DNA from: an uncultured virus (IMG/VR IMGVR_UViG_3300025470_001263)
Lineage: Duplodnaviria > Heunggongvirae > Uroviricota > Caudoviricetes
Virus record (IMG/VR): IMGVR_UViG_3300025470_001263
Strand: one strand, 5' to 3'
DNA length: 64,000 nucleotides
Part shown: in pieces, positions 9,709 to 19,922 of the stretch
Layout of the letters: the number at the start of each line of letters is the position of its first letter
Numbering within the stretch: position 1 is the first letter of the stretch
Made by a program: the position numbers and the translations under genes
Notes under the pieces: model-generated
Databases searched by the model: none
Told to the model about the DNA's origin: nothing
The model's input: only the letters and a program-made list of their open reading frames with translations

Positions 9709-10530
9709 TTTAGGAATGGGCAAAATATTATGGCTTTCCGACTTTAATGTTTCAAATATTTTAAATATTAAATTTAAATCTTTTGTATAAAATGGTGTGT
9801 CAATATTAGTGTTTTCTAATATTGTTTTATAGATTAGCGCCAAATAAAAATTACCATATCTACCATAATGTCTATCATTAATTTTACCGTTAGTTTCTTG
9901 ATAAATTGTTAATTTATCAAATTCAGGTATGATATTTTTGAATTGAATATTACTTGGTTCCCAAAAATACCATTCATTGTTTGATATCAAATTAGAAACA
10001 TCATCAAAAGGAGACCACATAATTGGTCTATATCTTGTATGGAGATTTACTAAATAACACATAAAGGGCACTAATTCTTTGAACAAATAACCATTTTTGT
10101 TCAAGTAACTATCCATTCTTCTAATGCTTTGTTCAAATAACTCTATTGTTACAATATCAGTAACCTCTTTTGGTGCTGCACCTCCTGTAAAACATCTATT
10201 TTCACCATCCTCTAATAACCAATCAAATCTACAAGGAGATGTCCAATTAATAATTATTCTATCATTTTTTTCAAATTCCCTATCAATTTTTGCAAATTGA
10301 TTACAAATTGTATAAACAGAGGAACCACCTAATCCTAAATTGATTACATCATAACCCCATAATCTTAAATAATCATCAAAATATAACGGATCATCAAGAT
10401 TGTTATCTCTTAGTAATTTTATATATTGAGTTATACCATCGGGATAATTTTTTATGTCTTTATCATACGTTTTTAAAGCCCGTTTGTATAAATTATCAGT
10501 AAATGAATCCCCCAATAAAAATATTCTCAT
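9697..10530 (-). CDS. SGNH/GDSL-like protein
   Basis: GDSFT, NLGLGG, DRHY. Convergent overlap with the previous gene. Confidence 0.65.
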   Translation of the reverse strand: MRIFLLGDSFTDNLYKRALKTYDKDIKNYPDGITQYIKLLRDNNLDDPLYFDDYLRLWGYDVINLGLGGSSVYTICNQFAKIDREFEKNDRIIINWTSPCRFDWLLEDGENRCFTGGAAPKEVTDIVTIELFEQSIRRMDSYLNKNGYLFKELVPFMCYLVNLHTRYRPIMWSPFDDVSNLISNNEWYFWEPSNIQFKNIIPEFDKLTIYQETNGKINDRHYGRYGNFYLALIYKTILENTNIDTPFYTKDLNLIFKIFETLKSESHNILPIPKLLI

Positions 10531-10544
10531 AAAATTAAATACCG

Positions 10545-11993
10545 TTATATGTTATTATTTTCTTTATCGGAAATATATTCACCTGCCTCATAATTTGTAA
10601 TCCTTCCATCATAAACTCCTCTATCGGGGATACTGTAATCTACTTCAATGGTATCAAACCATTCCTTCAATTCAGGGAACGTTTCACCAAAATTTTTATT
10701 TCTACGAATGTCGTATTGAGTATAGAAACTTTTGAAATCGTGGAATTGCAATTCTTTCTCTAATTCAGTTGAATTATGACCTCTATTAACAACTTCAAGG
10801 TAATCTATCAATCTTTCAATTTGAGCCTTCTCATTGGTCCCAAATAAGTCGCTATCCCTATTATCGTTGTACCAGTTCTGTAATTTATTACGTAATTGTA
10901 ATTTTATATCGTCAGGTAACATTAATGGAGACATAAATGATGGCCATCTAAGAATATTCAAATCTAAATTGGGTCTATGTGCACCATATTTACGTTTCAA
11001 TATTTTCATATCTTCAAAAAACTCAACTATACTGAATAAACATAAACTATTAATTGTCATCATAATAGTTACGGCTCTGAAATTTGCTTTTTCTAAGAAT
11101 GTTACCAAATTAGATCTCCAAGTTTTATATTTTAAACCATCTCTAATATATTCAGCGTGTGTTCCATATGATTCATTACTAGTGTATAAATCAAATTCTT
11201 TAATTTTTAATTCGTGTGTTGCGGTAATAAGTTTATCAAGTAATTTTTTACTTAAACCTAAATTCGAATTAACCGCCAATCTCATATTCTCTGATGGATA
11301 TTGTTTCATCACTTCAATAAAGTCCCAAAAATTATGACTTTGTGAAGGTTCGCCACCAGTAACACGAACTTCTTGTAATGACTTAGATAACTCTGGCCAC
11401 CATTCTAAAAATGCAGCTACATAAGGATTATCTTCACCATTCTTACCATAAATTTCAGACCACGAACCATCGCTTTGATATGCCCCTGCGCTACCTGTTT
11501 TGAATTTTTGATAAGAGCCATTGTTTTTAATGTCTTTACCCCAAGTCGTACTATAACCTGCATTACAATAACTGCAAGCAAAATTACAAGTTCTATCAAA
11601 ACTAACCTCAACAGTTTTTAAAAGAACATCTTGGTCCCAAGGAATATCTTTGATTGCTGCAATTTCTTCTTCAGTGTAAATTAAACTTTTGAAAACCCTA
11701 TCAGCAATATTGTTTCTACCGATATCTTCCATTTTCCAACAATAAGAACATTCTGCAGGTCTAATACCTGTAAGCATCATTCTACGCATTTCTTTCTTAT
11801 GTTGCGTATTATGAAGGGCCGAAGGGTTGGTTTTGATTTCTTCTAAATCGATCGGATGAGGCAAAGGTAAATGACAGGAATTTGTGTATCCGTGTCCTAA
11901 GTGTAAACTTGCGTTATACCACTTTGCAGCACAAAAACTACAGCTAACTGAGTTTAAATTTTTATCTCTCCAATCTGCTAATTCATTTGACAT
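10545..11993 (-). CDS. Radical SAM protein with N-terminal Cys-rich (twitch/SPASM-like) domain, paralog 1
   Basis: CNFACSYC, TGGEP; N-terminal CSFCAAKW...SCH...ECSYCW. Confidence 0.9.
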   Translation of the reverse strand: MSNELADWRDKNLNSVSCSFCAAKWYNASLHLGHGYTNSCHLPLPHPIDLEEIKTNPSALHNTQHKKEMRRMMLTGIRPAECSYCWKMEDIGRNNIADRVFKSLIYTEEEIAAIKDIPWDQDVLLKTVEVSFDRTCNFACSYCNAGYSTTWGKDIKNNGSYQKFKTGSAGAYQSDGSWSEIYGKNGEDNPYVAAFLEWWPELSKSLQEVRVTGGEPSQSHNFWDFIEVMKQYPSENMRLAVNSNLGLSKKLLDKLITATHELKIKEFDLYTSNESYGTHAEYIRDGLKYKTWRSNLVTFLEKANFRAVTIMMTINSLCLFSIVEFFEDMKILKRKYGAHRPNLDLNILRWPSFMSPLMLPDDIKLQLRNKLQNWYNDNRDSDLFGTNEKAQIERLIDYLEVVNRGHNSTELEKELQFHDFKSFYTQYDIRRNKNFGETFPELKEWFDTIEVDYSIPDRGVYDGRITNYEAGEYISDKENNNI

Positions 11994-11995
11994 AT

Positions 11996-12649
11996 TTATA
12001 CGATTTTTGCGGGTCTTGCTAATTTATTAAATTCTATATTTTTTTCTTTCTTGTATTCATTACTTTCGTAAATCTCACCGTGATTACCATTGCCAGATAT
12101 ATCAAAAGTTTTAAATTTTGAATTGAATTCGAAGTTATACCAAAGATACAAATTATTATCTATTTCTGTACTGTTATGGTATATTTTAACTTCTTTTATT
12201 TGGCCATTAAACCAATATTGGTTATCATTTGAATAAGGATTACCTACTCCAACGTAAATTGTTTGATTACTAGAGTCAAACAAATCACCGCAATCTTTAG
12301 TTGCGTATAAATCTCCGTTGATATACATATTGAATTTATCAGCGATTTTTACCACTTTTACAGTTGTAAATTGTTTCACTTTGTTTTCCTGTAGACTATA
12401 TACGATATCATCGTAAATCACATTGTTATCTTCTATTTTAAACCAACACCATTTGATTATTAAAGGTTGAACGTAAATCCCCATATTACCACCAGATCGA
12501 CCTATAACACATCCTTCTTTTATTATTTTATTTGTTTTGAATGTAGCTTCATAAATGAAGTCATCATTCAATAAAGTATAATTCTTTGTGTTCGTTTTAT
12601 TTCTGGTTTCGTTGTTTACAACGTATCCCAATTTATCTTTGAAAATCAT
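11996..12649 (-). CDS. LamG/concanavalin A-like domain protein
   Basis: MYING...IYVGVG...FNGQIKEVKIY...DISGNGNHG. Confidence 0.7.
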   Translation of the reverse strand: MIFKDKLGYVVNNETRNKTNTKNYTLLNDDFIYEATFKTNKIIKEGCVIGRSGGNMGIYVQPLIIKWCWFKIEDNNVIYDDIVYSLQENKVKQFTTVKVVKIADKFNMYINGDLYATKDCGDLFDSSNQTIYVGVGNPYSNDNQYWFNGQIKEVKIYHNSTEIDNNLYLWYNFEFNSKFKTFDISGNGNHGEIYESNEYKKEKNIEFNKLARPAKIV

Positions 12650-14034
12650 TTTCTATATTTTTTTACTAAATCATTTAATTCAGGAAACGTTTCTTCAAAA
12701 TTAGTTTCTCTTCTTTTATCTAATTCATCTACAAATTTAACAAAGTCTACTCTGTTATTTTCAACATCAAAATCATCTTCGTGAATTGCATAATCATATA
12801 GTCTTTTAATTTTTTGTATCTCGGTGTTTGAAAAACCATACGAACCTTTCACAAATTCCGTCATACCATAATATAATGCTTTTTTTGCAGATTCCAATAT
12901 CAATTCTTTATGATGACGTTCTAATATTTTAACTGATAAATGTGTTGGATGTCGTAAATAAGACGTATCCAATTGTATTGCAGAAATCCAATACCTTTCT
13001 TTATTAGCGAATTTTTTCTTTGCTTCAAATACTCTATCAATAAGTTTATTATACGTGAAAACAGATAATGCATTGAATGTGGCCATTATATTGATTGTGA
13101 CTTTTGGTAGGATAGTTAATATCTTATCAATATTAGACCAAAACCTTTCATAACTTAAACCGTTTCTGGTGTATTCGGCTTGTGTACCATCCGCTTCAAC
13201 TGATGTGAAAATTATTAATTCTCTAACTTTATTATTGTCACATAAATCTTTAGCTATTTCAATAAATCTATCAATAATATTGTCAGGTGATCCTAAATTA
13301 CTGTTTATAGCTAAACAAATGTTTGGGTTTATATCTGAATGTTCTTGTATGTATTCTAAAACCTTGAACGTATCTTTTGATAACAAAGGTTCACCACCTG
13401 TGATTCTGAATGTGTGTAAGTCTTTAAATAACTCTGGCCACCATTCCCAAAATGCATCAACATACGGATTATGTTCCGATTGTTTATATGGCATTTCATT
13501 TTTTTTCTTTAATTCTTCAATATCATTGAATTTTTTGGTTGTATCGTATGGCCCAAATTTTTCAATTTCTTCAACCCATCTTGATGAATATTGTGGTCCG
13601 CAATAAGCACATTTGAAATTGCAAGTATTAGAAAACGAAACTTCCACATAACGTGGGTTATAATTATCTCTCCAACTTGATTCTACAATCTTATCAAATT
13701 CATCATAAGACCAAGGCTCGGTTGATTTAAAGACCCTATCAGAAAAAGAATTTGAACTATCCTCAATGTTCCAACAATAGTTACATTCAGAAGGTCTTTT
13801 ACCTCCCATCATTTCTTTTCTTTTCTTTTTTTTGAATGAAGTATTATGTAACGCTGAAGGATTTCTTTTTATTTCATTCAAAGGTATTTTATGTTGTTCA
13901 GGGTGATGACAAGAATGCGTTAAACCAGCACCGAGATGGATGGTAACTTGAGACCATTTTGCTAAACAAAATCCACAACCAATAGCATCTAATTTATCTT
14001 TTGTTTCTTGAAATATTTTTACACTTTCACTCAT
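12646..14034 (-). CDS. Radical SAM protein, paralog 2
   Basis: CNFKCAYC, TGGEPLL; N-terminal CGFCLAKW...SCHH...ECNYCW. Confidence 0.9.
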   Translation of the reverse strand: MSESVKIFQETKDKLDAIGCGFCLAKWSQVTIHLGAGLTHSCHHPEQHKIPLNEIKRNPSALHNTSFKKKKRKEMMGGKRPSECNYCWNIEDSSNSFSDRVFKSTEPWSYDEFDKIVESSWRDNYNPRYVEVSFSNTCNFKCAYCGPQYSSRWVEEIEKFGPYDTTKKFNDIEELKKKNEMPYKQSEHNPYVDAFWEWWPELFKDLHTFRITGGEPLLSKDTFKVLEYIQEHSDINPNICLAINSNLGSPDNIIDRFIEIAKDLCDNNKVRELIIFTSVEADGTQAEYTRNGLSYERFWSNIDKILTILPKVTINIMATFNALSVFTYNKLIDRVFEAKKKFANKERYWISAIQLDTSYLRHPTHLSVKILERHHKELILESAKKALYYGMTEFVKGSYGFSNTEIQKIKRLYDYAIHEDDFDVENNRVDFVKFVDELDKRRETNFEETFPELNDLVKKYRK

Positions 14035-14630
14035 TATTTGATAATTTTATTATGTATAAAATTTAGGTTACCGGTTTTGTCTACAGATTTATTGAATATT
14101 ATATTATCAAACGTATGATGTGCTAACAATTTATTCTTACTTAATAAACTAAATTCGTGCAAATTCAATTCGGTAATATTTGAATTTTCATTACAATCGT
14201 TATAACTATTGGCACCGAAAACGATACACGAATTATTTTCTCTATATAGACCTTTTATTTTCAAATCCAAATTCAATTGTTCTTCATCGTTTATATAAAT
14301 TCTTAAAAATCTATTTGATTTATGAATTAATTTCAGTTCCATATCAACTCCATTATAAATTATAAAAGGAAATTGAAAATATTCTGATGTTTCATCTTCA
14401 AATTTAACAGTAAAAAAAAGTAAATTTTTATGAATATCCAAACCAGTGTACTTTGGTAATATAGCAAAAACTGTTGCGTTTATATCAACAGTATCTAATA
14501 GAGTACAATTCAAATTAATTTCAAAATCGTGTTCTCCGCTCAAAACTTTTGTTGCAGGTACCTCAGGGAAAGTATCACAAAGTGATGATGGAAAAAGTAT
14601 CCAAGGATCACCCTTTTTTACATGTATCAT
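14034..14630 (-). CDS. LamG-like domain protein (divergent)
   Basis: RIYIN...IVFGA...DKTGNLN pattern resembling 11996..12649. Confidence 0.5.
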   Translation of the reverse strand: MIHVKKGDPWILFPSSLCDTFPEVPATKVLSGEHDFEINLNCTLLDTVDINATVFAILPKYTGLDIHKNLLFFTVKFEDETSEYFQFPFIIYNGVDMELKLIHKSNRFLRIYINDEEQLNLDLKIKGLYRENNSCIVFGANSYNDCNENSNITELNLHEFSLLSKNKLLAHHTFDNIIFNKSVDKTGNLNFIHNKIIK

Positions 14631-15996
14631 AAAAATCTTTTAATTCAGGGAATGTTTTACAAAAATCAGTACCTCTTCTTCTATCGTGTTCGTTAACAAA
14701 ATTATAAAAATCTTTACGATTTCTTTTTGTTTCCGATTCATCTTCTTCAGAAATGAACCAATCTTTTATTCTTTTAATTTTATTTATTTCCATATCGGTA
14801 AATCCAAAACCATCCAAGCCTATTCTTACTTGTTCATAAAAATCAACTAATTTTGCTTGTTCGTCAATTTCTTTAACCCAAGATTTATCCAATATTTTCA
14901 CTGTCTGATGTTTAGGCCATCTCAAATAAGAGGAATCCAATAAAATTGCTGAACCCCAATATCTATATGGATTATGATGTCTTTCTTTTAAAGTTATAAT
15001 ATCCTTAATCAACCCTTTATAATTTGGCACTGATAATGCATTATATGTTGACATTACATCAATTGTTATTGTTTTGAATTTACTTAGAAGAAAATCTACT
15101 CTTTCATAAAATAAATTGTATTCAAAACCGTTTCTAATATAATTGGCTTGTTCACCGTAAGTATCACAAGACGTGAATATGATGAATTCACTTACCAATT
15201 CATTATCAATTATTTTTTCTATTTTTTCAACAAACTGATTGAATAATTTTTCAGGTATACCTAAATTACTATTGATACATAAACTCAATTTTTTATTTGG
15301 TGTTTTTGTTTCAATAATATAATCTAAAATTTTGAATGTGTCTTTTGATAATAAAGGTTCACCACCTGTTATTCTAAATGTATGTAAATCTTGATATAGC
15401 TCAGGCCACCACTTCCAAAAAGCATCCACATATGGGTTTTCTTCTGAACTCAAATATGGCATCATATTATTTTGTTTAAAGAAATCCATATTGTTAAAAT
15501 TGTTGCTATTTGGATATTGTCCAAAAGTATTCAATTCTTCAACCCATTTAGATGAGAACATTGGACCGCAATAAGAACATTTAAAATTACACGTATTAGA
15601 GAATGAAACTTCAACATATTTTGGATTGAAATCATCGTTCCAATTGCTGTTTTTTATTTGTTCAAAATGTGGAGCAGACCAAGGTTCTGCGGATTTATAT
15701 GTTCGATCAGAAAATGCATTTGAGGAATCCTCAATACCCCAACAATAATCGCATTCTTGTGGTTTATTACCTTCTAACATTTCTTTTCTTACTTCTTTTT
15801 TATATAAAGTATTGTGAAGTGCTTTAGGGTTATTTGCAATCTCATCTAATGGTATTTTATGTGCAATAGGATGATGACAAGAATGCGTCATTCCATTATG
15901 TAAGTGCATAGTAACTTGTGTCCATTTTGCTAAACAAAATCCACAACCAACCGCATTTAATTTATCTCTTGTTTTATCAAAAATTTCGTTTAACAT
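14608..15996 (-). CDS. Radical SAM protein, paralog 3
   Basis: CNFKCSYC, TGGEPLL; N-terminal CGFCLAKW...SCHH...ECDYCW. Confidence 0.9.
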   Translation of the reverse strand: MLNEIFDKTRDKLNAVGCGFCLAKWTQVTMHLHNGMTHSCHHPIAHKIPLDEIANNPKALHNTLYKKEVRKEMLEGNKPQECDYCWGIEDSSNAFSDRTYKSAEPWSAPHFEQIKNSNWNDDFNPKYVEVSFSNTCNFKCSYCGPMFSSKWVEELNTFGQYPNSNNFNNMDFFKQNNMMPYLSSEENPYVDAFWKWWPELYQDLHTFRITGGEPLLSKDTFKILDYIIETKTPNKKLSLCINSNLGIPEKLFNQFVEKIEKIIDNELVSEFIIFTSCDTYGEQANYIRNGFEYNLFYERVDFLLSKFKTITIDVMSTYNALSVPNYKGLIKDIITLKERHHNPYRYWGSAILLDSSYLRWPKHQTVKILDKSWVKEIDEQAKLVDFYEQVRIGLDGFGFTDMEINKIKRIKDWFISEEDESETKRNRKDFYNFVNEHDRRRGTDFCKTFPELKDFYDTCKKG

Positions 15997-17423
15997 ATAT
16001 TAAGTTTCATTGTGCAATTTATTATTGTTGTATTAGGATATGTTTCATTGTCTGAATTTTCTACAATCAAGACATCCGTTATTTTATTGAATCCATCTTC
16101 TTTATAATTAATTTTACCTTGTTGCATTTCAGTAACAAATCTTCTTTCATTTCTTGCAGTGGTTTCACCTTTAGCCCATTTGCCGTTTACATATCCCTCA
16201 TCCATATGTGGTAAGCAATCAAAAGTACCTTCTTTTCTAAATGGTAATATATTCTCAATAACTTCAATTTCTTCTTCTATAAAATCGACATTATTATTTT
16301 CACCTATTATATTATAATATTCATTGAAATCACAATCCAAAACTAAACCTTCTTTGTTTTCTATAGCTTCATTTACATTATCAATAAATCTATTGAAAAT
16401 TTTTACTTCAGCAATTTTACCTTTGAATCTTGTATTTGTATGATTACAAAAACCAATTAAAAATGGTTTAATACCATCGTGTGATTTTAAACTATTTTTT
16501 ATAATAAAAGGCGCATTCTTTTTGATGTCTTTTATATTACAATTGAGTTCATCGTTGATATAAAAATAATATTCTCCTTTCTCTTTAGAATAAGAAACTG
16601 TAACCCAAGTCCATAGATTTTCAAATCGTTTTCCCCACATATAGTTATGTTGTCCATTCCTATCGAAAATAACGTGAGATACTGCTCTCGAATTATTGAA
16701 AGATAGCCCCCAAGTCCAACTACCGTCTTTTCTTAATAATGGATATTCTATAAATTTTCTATCTTTGTCACCAACTAACCAAATTGGTACTTTATCGGGT
16801 TGTTGTTCAGCAGAATAAAGTATAGAAATAGTATGATCGTTATTAAGACAACTACTTATTTCTCTACTTGTTGGTAAAGTTATATGGGAATCTTGGCCAT
16901 TGAATACCCCAACATATCTTGAATCATATTTTTTGAATTGATTCCCTGTTGTGTATTTTTCAAAATAACATCTCCAAAATAAATCATCATCTTCTTGACC
17001 CCAATCCCAATAGTCATTTGAGTAACCATTTGTCTTTTCGTATTGTTCTTTCGTAAATAATACTACACCACCAAAATATTGGTCATAACCGATCCCATAT
17101 TCATATTTAGATAATTTAGTTGCAATGTGTAATGGATTGTTATCAGGATATGAATAATCAGGTTCAGGATAACCATCATTTAAAGAAGGTACCATATCGA
17201 CATCATGTAACGCAACATAATCACAACCATCATTAAATGCCGTATATGCTGCAATGTTTTTCATTGCACCTCTATTGAATAAATGTTCATCTATTTGATG
17301 ACCTACATAAAAAGAATGTTCTACACCTTTTTTGGTAAGATAATTTCCCAATTGAGGTATTAATTTTTCAAGATGTTCTTTTCTATTCCTATAAGGTATA
17401 CATATACCTAATTTATGACTCAT
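15990..17423 (-). CDS. GT7 (beta-1,4-galactosyltransferase-like) with inserted LamG domain
   Basis: IPYRNR, FNRG, HDVD, YFGGV, NGYSN, WDWGQEDDD; LamG FKGKIAEVKIF. Confidence 0.85.
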   Translation of the reverse strand: MSHKLGICIPYRNRKEHLEKLIPQLGNYLTKKGVEHSFYVGHQIDEHLFNRGAMKNIAAYTAFNDGCDYVALHDVDMVPSLNDGYPEPDYSYPDNNPLHIATKLSKYEYGIGYDQYFGGVVLFTKEQYEKTNGYSNDYWDWGQEDDDLFWRCYFEKYTTGNQFKKYDSRYVGVFNGQDSHITLPTSREISSCLNNDHTISILYSAEQQPDKVPIWLVGDKDRKFIEYPLLRKDGSWTWGLSFNNSRAVSHVIFDRNGQHNYMWGKRFENLWTWVTVSYSKEKGEYYFYINDELNCNIKDIKKNAPFIIKNSLKSHDGIKPFLIGFCNHTNTRFKGKIAEVKIFNRFIDNVNEAIENKEGLVLDCDFNEYYNIIGENNNVDFIEEEIEVIENILPFRKEGTFDCLPHMDEGYVNGKWAKGETTARNERRFVTEMQQGKINYKEDGFNKITDVLIVENSDNETYPNTTIINCTMKLNIC

Positions 17424-18817
17424 ATTGCAACATTGATATGTGTTATTTTATTTTCTACAGTTCTACCATATTCATAATATTCTAAGGTTGATAGTCCGTC
17501 ATTGTAGATTAAATTATCATCTTTTAATACTTCATTATTATATCTTAATTGATTCCATCTGGTTGTTTCATCCTTCCAAGTATTTCCCATAAAACCATTT
17601 TCATCGTGTTTCAATAACTTGAATACTGAATCTCTTCTATGGGGTATTTTAATTTTTTCAAACTTATTGAAATTAACATCAACAATTTCACATTTATGTA
17701 TTTTACCATTATTGTTATTTCCTGATAAGTCTTTTAAATTATATCCTTCTAAATGGTTGGCATCGTAATATAGTTTCAAAAAAGATACGTCATATTTGTC
17801 TTCGCGAGATAAATTTAAAATTTCATCATCGGTCAAATCATTATCAAAAATCATAAATCTATCTATATAACCTTTGAAAAATTTTTGATCAATAGTTCTA
17901 TTCGGATTACCTGCTCCCAAATAAAAAAAGGGGTCTTTAGGTTTAATTAATTTTTTGAAATTTGAAATTGTACCTATTTTGAAACCGTCTTGAAATACAT
18001 CAAGATATTTTTCAGTGACATTTATTTTAACACAAATATTTGTTTTATAACGAGGTTTTATTTTCGAATTGATATAAAGAGCTTCTTTAGTTTCTTCTTC
18101 GAATGTACAAAAATTATATCTCAAAAAAGAATTGTATGAAATTGAGGTATCATATCCTGGTAAAGAAAAAACTGTAAAATCATCGTTTCTTTTTTTATGG
18201 TCGAACGCCATTTCATCTGGATAAAACGATATAAAAAAAGTAATGTTATTATTTAAATTGAAATTGCGTTTACCTCTAACAAATGCATCAAATCCATTGA
18301 ATTTTAACGCCTTAGAAGTGATACCGCTATTTTTAACTATCATCGTATCCAATTCAATGTTATGTTTTCTACATCGATGTAATAAATCAGTATCTTCATA
18401 TCCCCATCCCCAATATTTGTTTGAATAACCATCAATTTTTATGAAATGTTCCATTGGAAATAATGTAACGCCACCAAAATATTCATCAAAAAATTCTTGG
18501 TTTTTTTTATCATCATTCAACTTCATAAAATTTGTAGCTAAATGAAGTGGAATATCAGAATAACTATAATCAGCTCGATGGGGAATCATATCTACATCGT
18601 GGAAAACAACATAATCACAATTTAATTCTTGTGCTATTTTGAACCCAATGTTCAATAACATTCCTCTGTTAAATAATTTGGCACCATCTTGATTTACAAT
18701 TATTATTTCATAATTATATTTTCTTCTATCCAAGAAATTTGACATCTCGTTTTTGAAAATTTCGAGATGCTCTTTTCTATTTCTATATGGAACTATGATG
18801 CCTAATTTTTTATCCAT
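17420..18817 (-). CDS. GT7 (beta-1,4-galactosyltransferase-like) with inserted LamG domain
   Basis: VPYRNR, FNRG, HDVD, YFGGV, WGWGYED, C-terminal DGLSTLEY; LamG FKGYIDRFMIF...DLSGNNNNG. Confidence 0.85.
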   Translation of the reverse strand: MDKKLGIIVPYRNRKEHLEIFKNEMSNFLDRRKYNYEIIIVNQDGAKLFNRGMLLNIGFKIAQELNCDYVVFHDVDMIPHRADYSYSDIPLHLATNFMKLNDDKKNQEFFDEYFGGVTLFPMEHFIKIDGYSNKYWGWGYEDTDLLHRCRKHNIELDTMIVKNSGITSKALKFNGFDAFVRGKRNFNLNNNITFFISFYPDEMAFDHKKRNDDFTVFSLPGYDTSISYNSFLRYNFCTFEEETKEALYINSKIKPRYKTNICVKINVTEKYLDVFQDGFKIGTISNFKKLIKPKDPFFYLGAGNPNRTIDQKFFKGYIDRFMIFDNDLTDDEILNLSREDKYDVSFLKLYYDANHLEGYNLKDLSGNNNNGKIHKCEIVDVNFNKFEKIKIPHRRDSVFKLLKHDENGFMGNTWKDETTRWNQLRYNNEVLKDDNLIYNDGLSTLEYYEYGRTVENKITHINVAI

Positions 18818-19022
18818 TTATCGTGTTGTCCTTTTCAGGTTTGTTGAATTTATGAAATTCAGCTAAATAATACTGAACTCTTTCACTCCATTCTGTTTTA
18901 TCAATTTCTTCAAACCAAATAGTTAAAGCTTCTAAAGAATTTCCAATTTTTTCGAGTGCTTTAATTTTTCTTATTTCAAGATCTAACTGTTGTTTTTCTT
19001 TTTCTTCTTTTGTTAAACTCAT
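18810..19022 (-). CDS. Hypothetical protein (70 aa)
   Basis: Overlap-coupled to both neighbours. Confidence 0.7.
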   Translation of the reverse strand: MSLTKEEKEKQQLDLEIRKIKALEKIGNSLEALTIWFEEIDKTEWSERVQYYLAEFHKFNKPEKDNTING

Positions 19023-19873
19023 GTTGATATTATTTTTTTTATTAATTTATTCCATCCTTTATACAAATCGAATTTCGGATATGTTAATCCTTCTTCAAAA
19101 AAATATTTAGAATCGGTTATGTTTACTTTAAATTTACTTTTTGATAAGGCGGTATACATTTTAGCATATTCATCAGAGAAAGCGTATTTTTGACCAATAG
19201 CTGCAACATTTTTTATTCTTTCTATTGATGTTGAATCCCATTTGAAATGATGAACTTGAACTGAAAATTTATCATATGGTGCTATTAACGGGTGATTCCA
19301 ACCCTGCCATCTCCAAGTATCAACACCGTGTATTTTAGCATAATGTTGTCCACTAGTAAGTTCAATATTACCCTTTAAGATACATATTTTGTTTGGACAA
19401 GCATCGCTCATTGGGTATCTAAAAAAACCTGCATTTGGAAATTGTTCCCATATTGATGTATCATTCAGTTCAGGGAAAGTACCATCTAGTCCAATTCTAT
19501 CAATGAATCCACCTCTAACAAGTTCCCAATTATTTTCTTCACAAATTTTTATGATGTTTCTTAAATTATCATAGGGATATAAATGAAATTCATCAATATC
19601 AGCAACTACCCACCAATCATTAGGGTATCTTGATTTAACATCATTATAAAGAAAAGTTACTTTATTCCAATCATAAATCCTATCATTAATAACTTTAACA
19701 ACGTTAACAAAATCATATTGACTGATTTTATCTCTTACTTCATCTTCTATATTAGGATATTTGTCGGTTTTATAAATCACAATTTTTATCTCATCAACAT
19801 ATTGTTCATAATGTTTAATGAAATGAGGAATTAGCTCCGCACCGTGGCCTATAACTGTGATTAATTTAATCAT
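19019..19873 (-). CDS. GT-A fold glycosyltransferase (GT2-like)
   Basis: IPHFIKHY, WWVVADIDEF (DxD), GQH, HHFKW. Start placed at ATG 19873. Confidence 0.7.
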   Translation of the reverse strand: MIKLITVIGHGAELIPHFIKHYEQYVDEIKIVIYKTDKYPNIEDEVRDKISQYDFVNVVKVINDRIYDWNKVTFLYNDVKSRYPNDWWVVADIDEFHLYPYDNLRNIIKICEENNWELVRGGFIDRIGLDGTFPELNDTSIWEQFPNAGFFRYPMSDACPNKICILKGNIELTSGQHYAKIHGVDTWRWQGWNHPLIAPYDKFSVQVHHFKWDSTSIERIKNVAAIGQKYAFSDEYAKMYTALSKSKFKVNITDSKYFFEEGLTYPKFDLYKGWNKLIKKIIST

Positions 19874-19882
19874 AATATAAAC

Positions 19883-19913
19883 CAAATATACGAAAAAAAT
19901 CAATACAAATCAA
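19883..19913 (-). promoter_or_regulatory. Bacteroidota-type promoter (TTG-N20-TATATTTG)
   Basis: Minus strand CTTG...CGTATATTTG, 9 nt upstream of ATG 19873. Further -7 matches at 22505-22512 and 62341-62348. Confidence 0.55.
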
Positions 19914-19922
19914 GAAGGGTGT

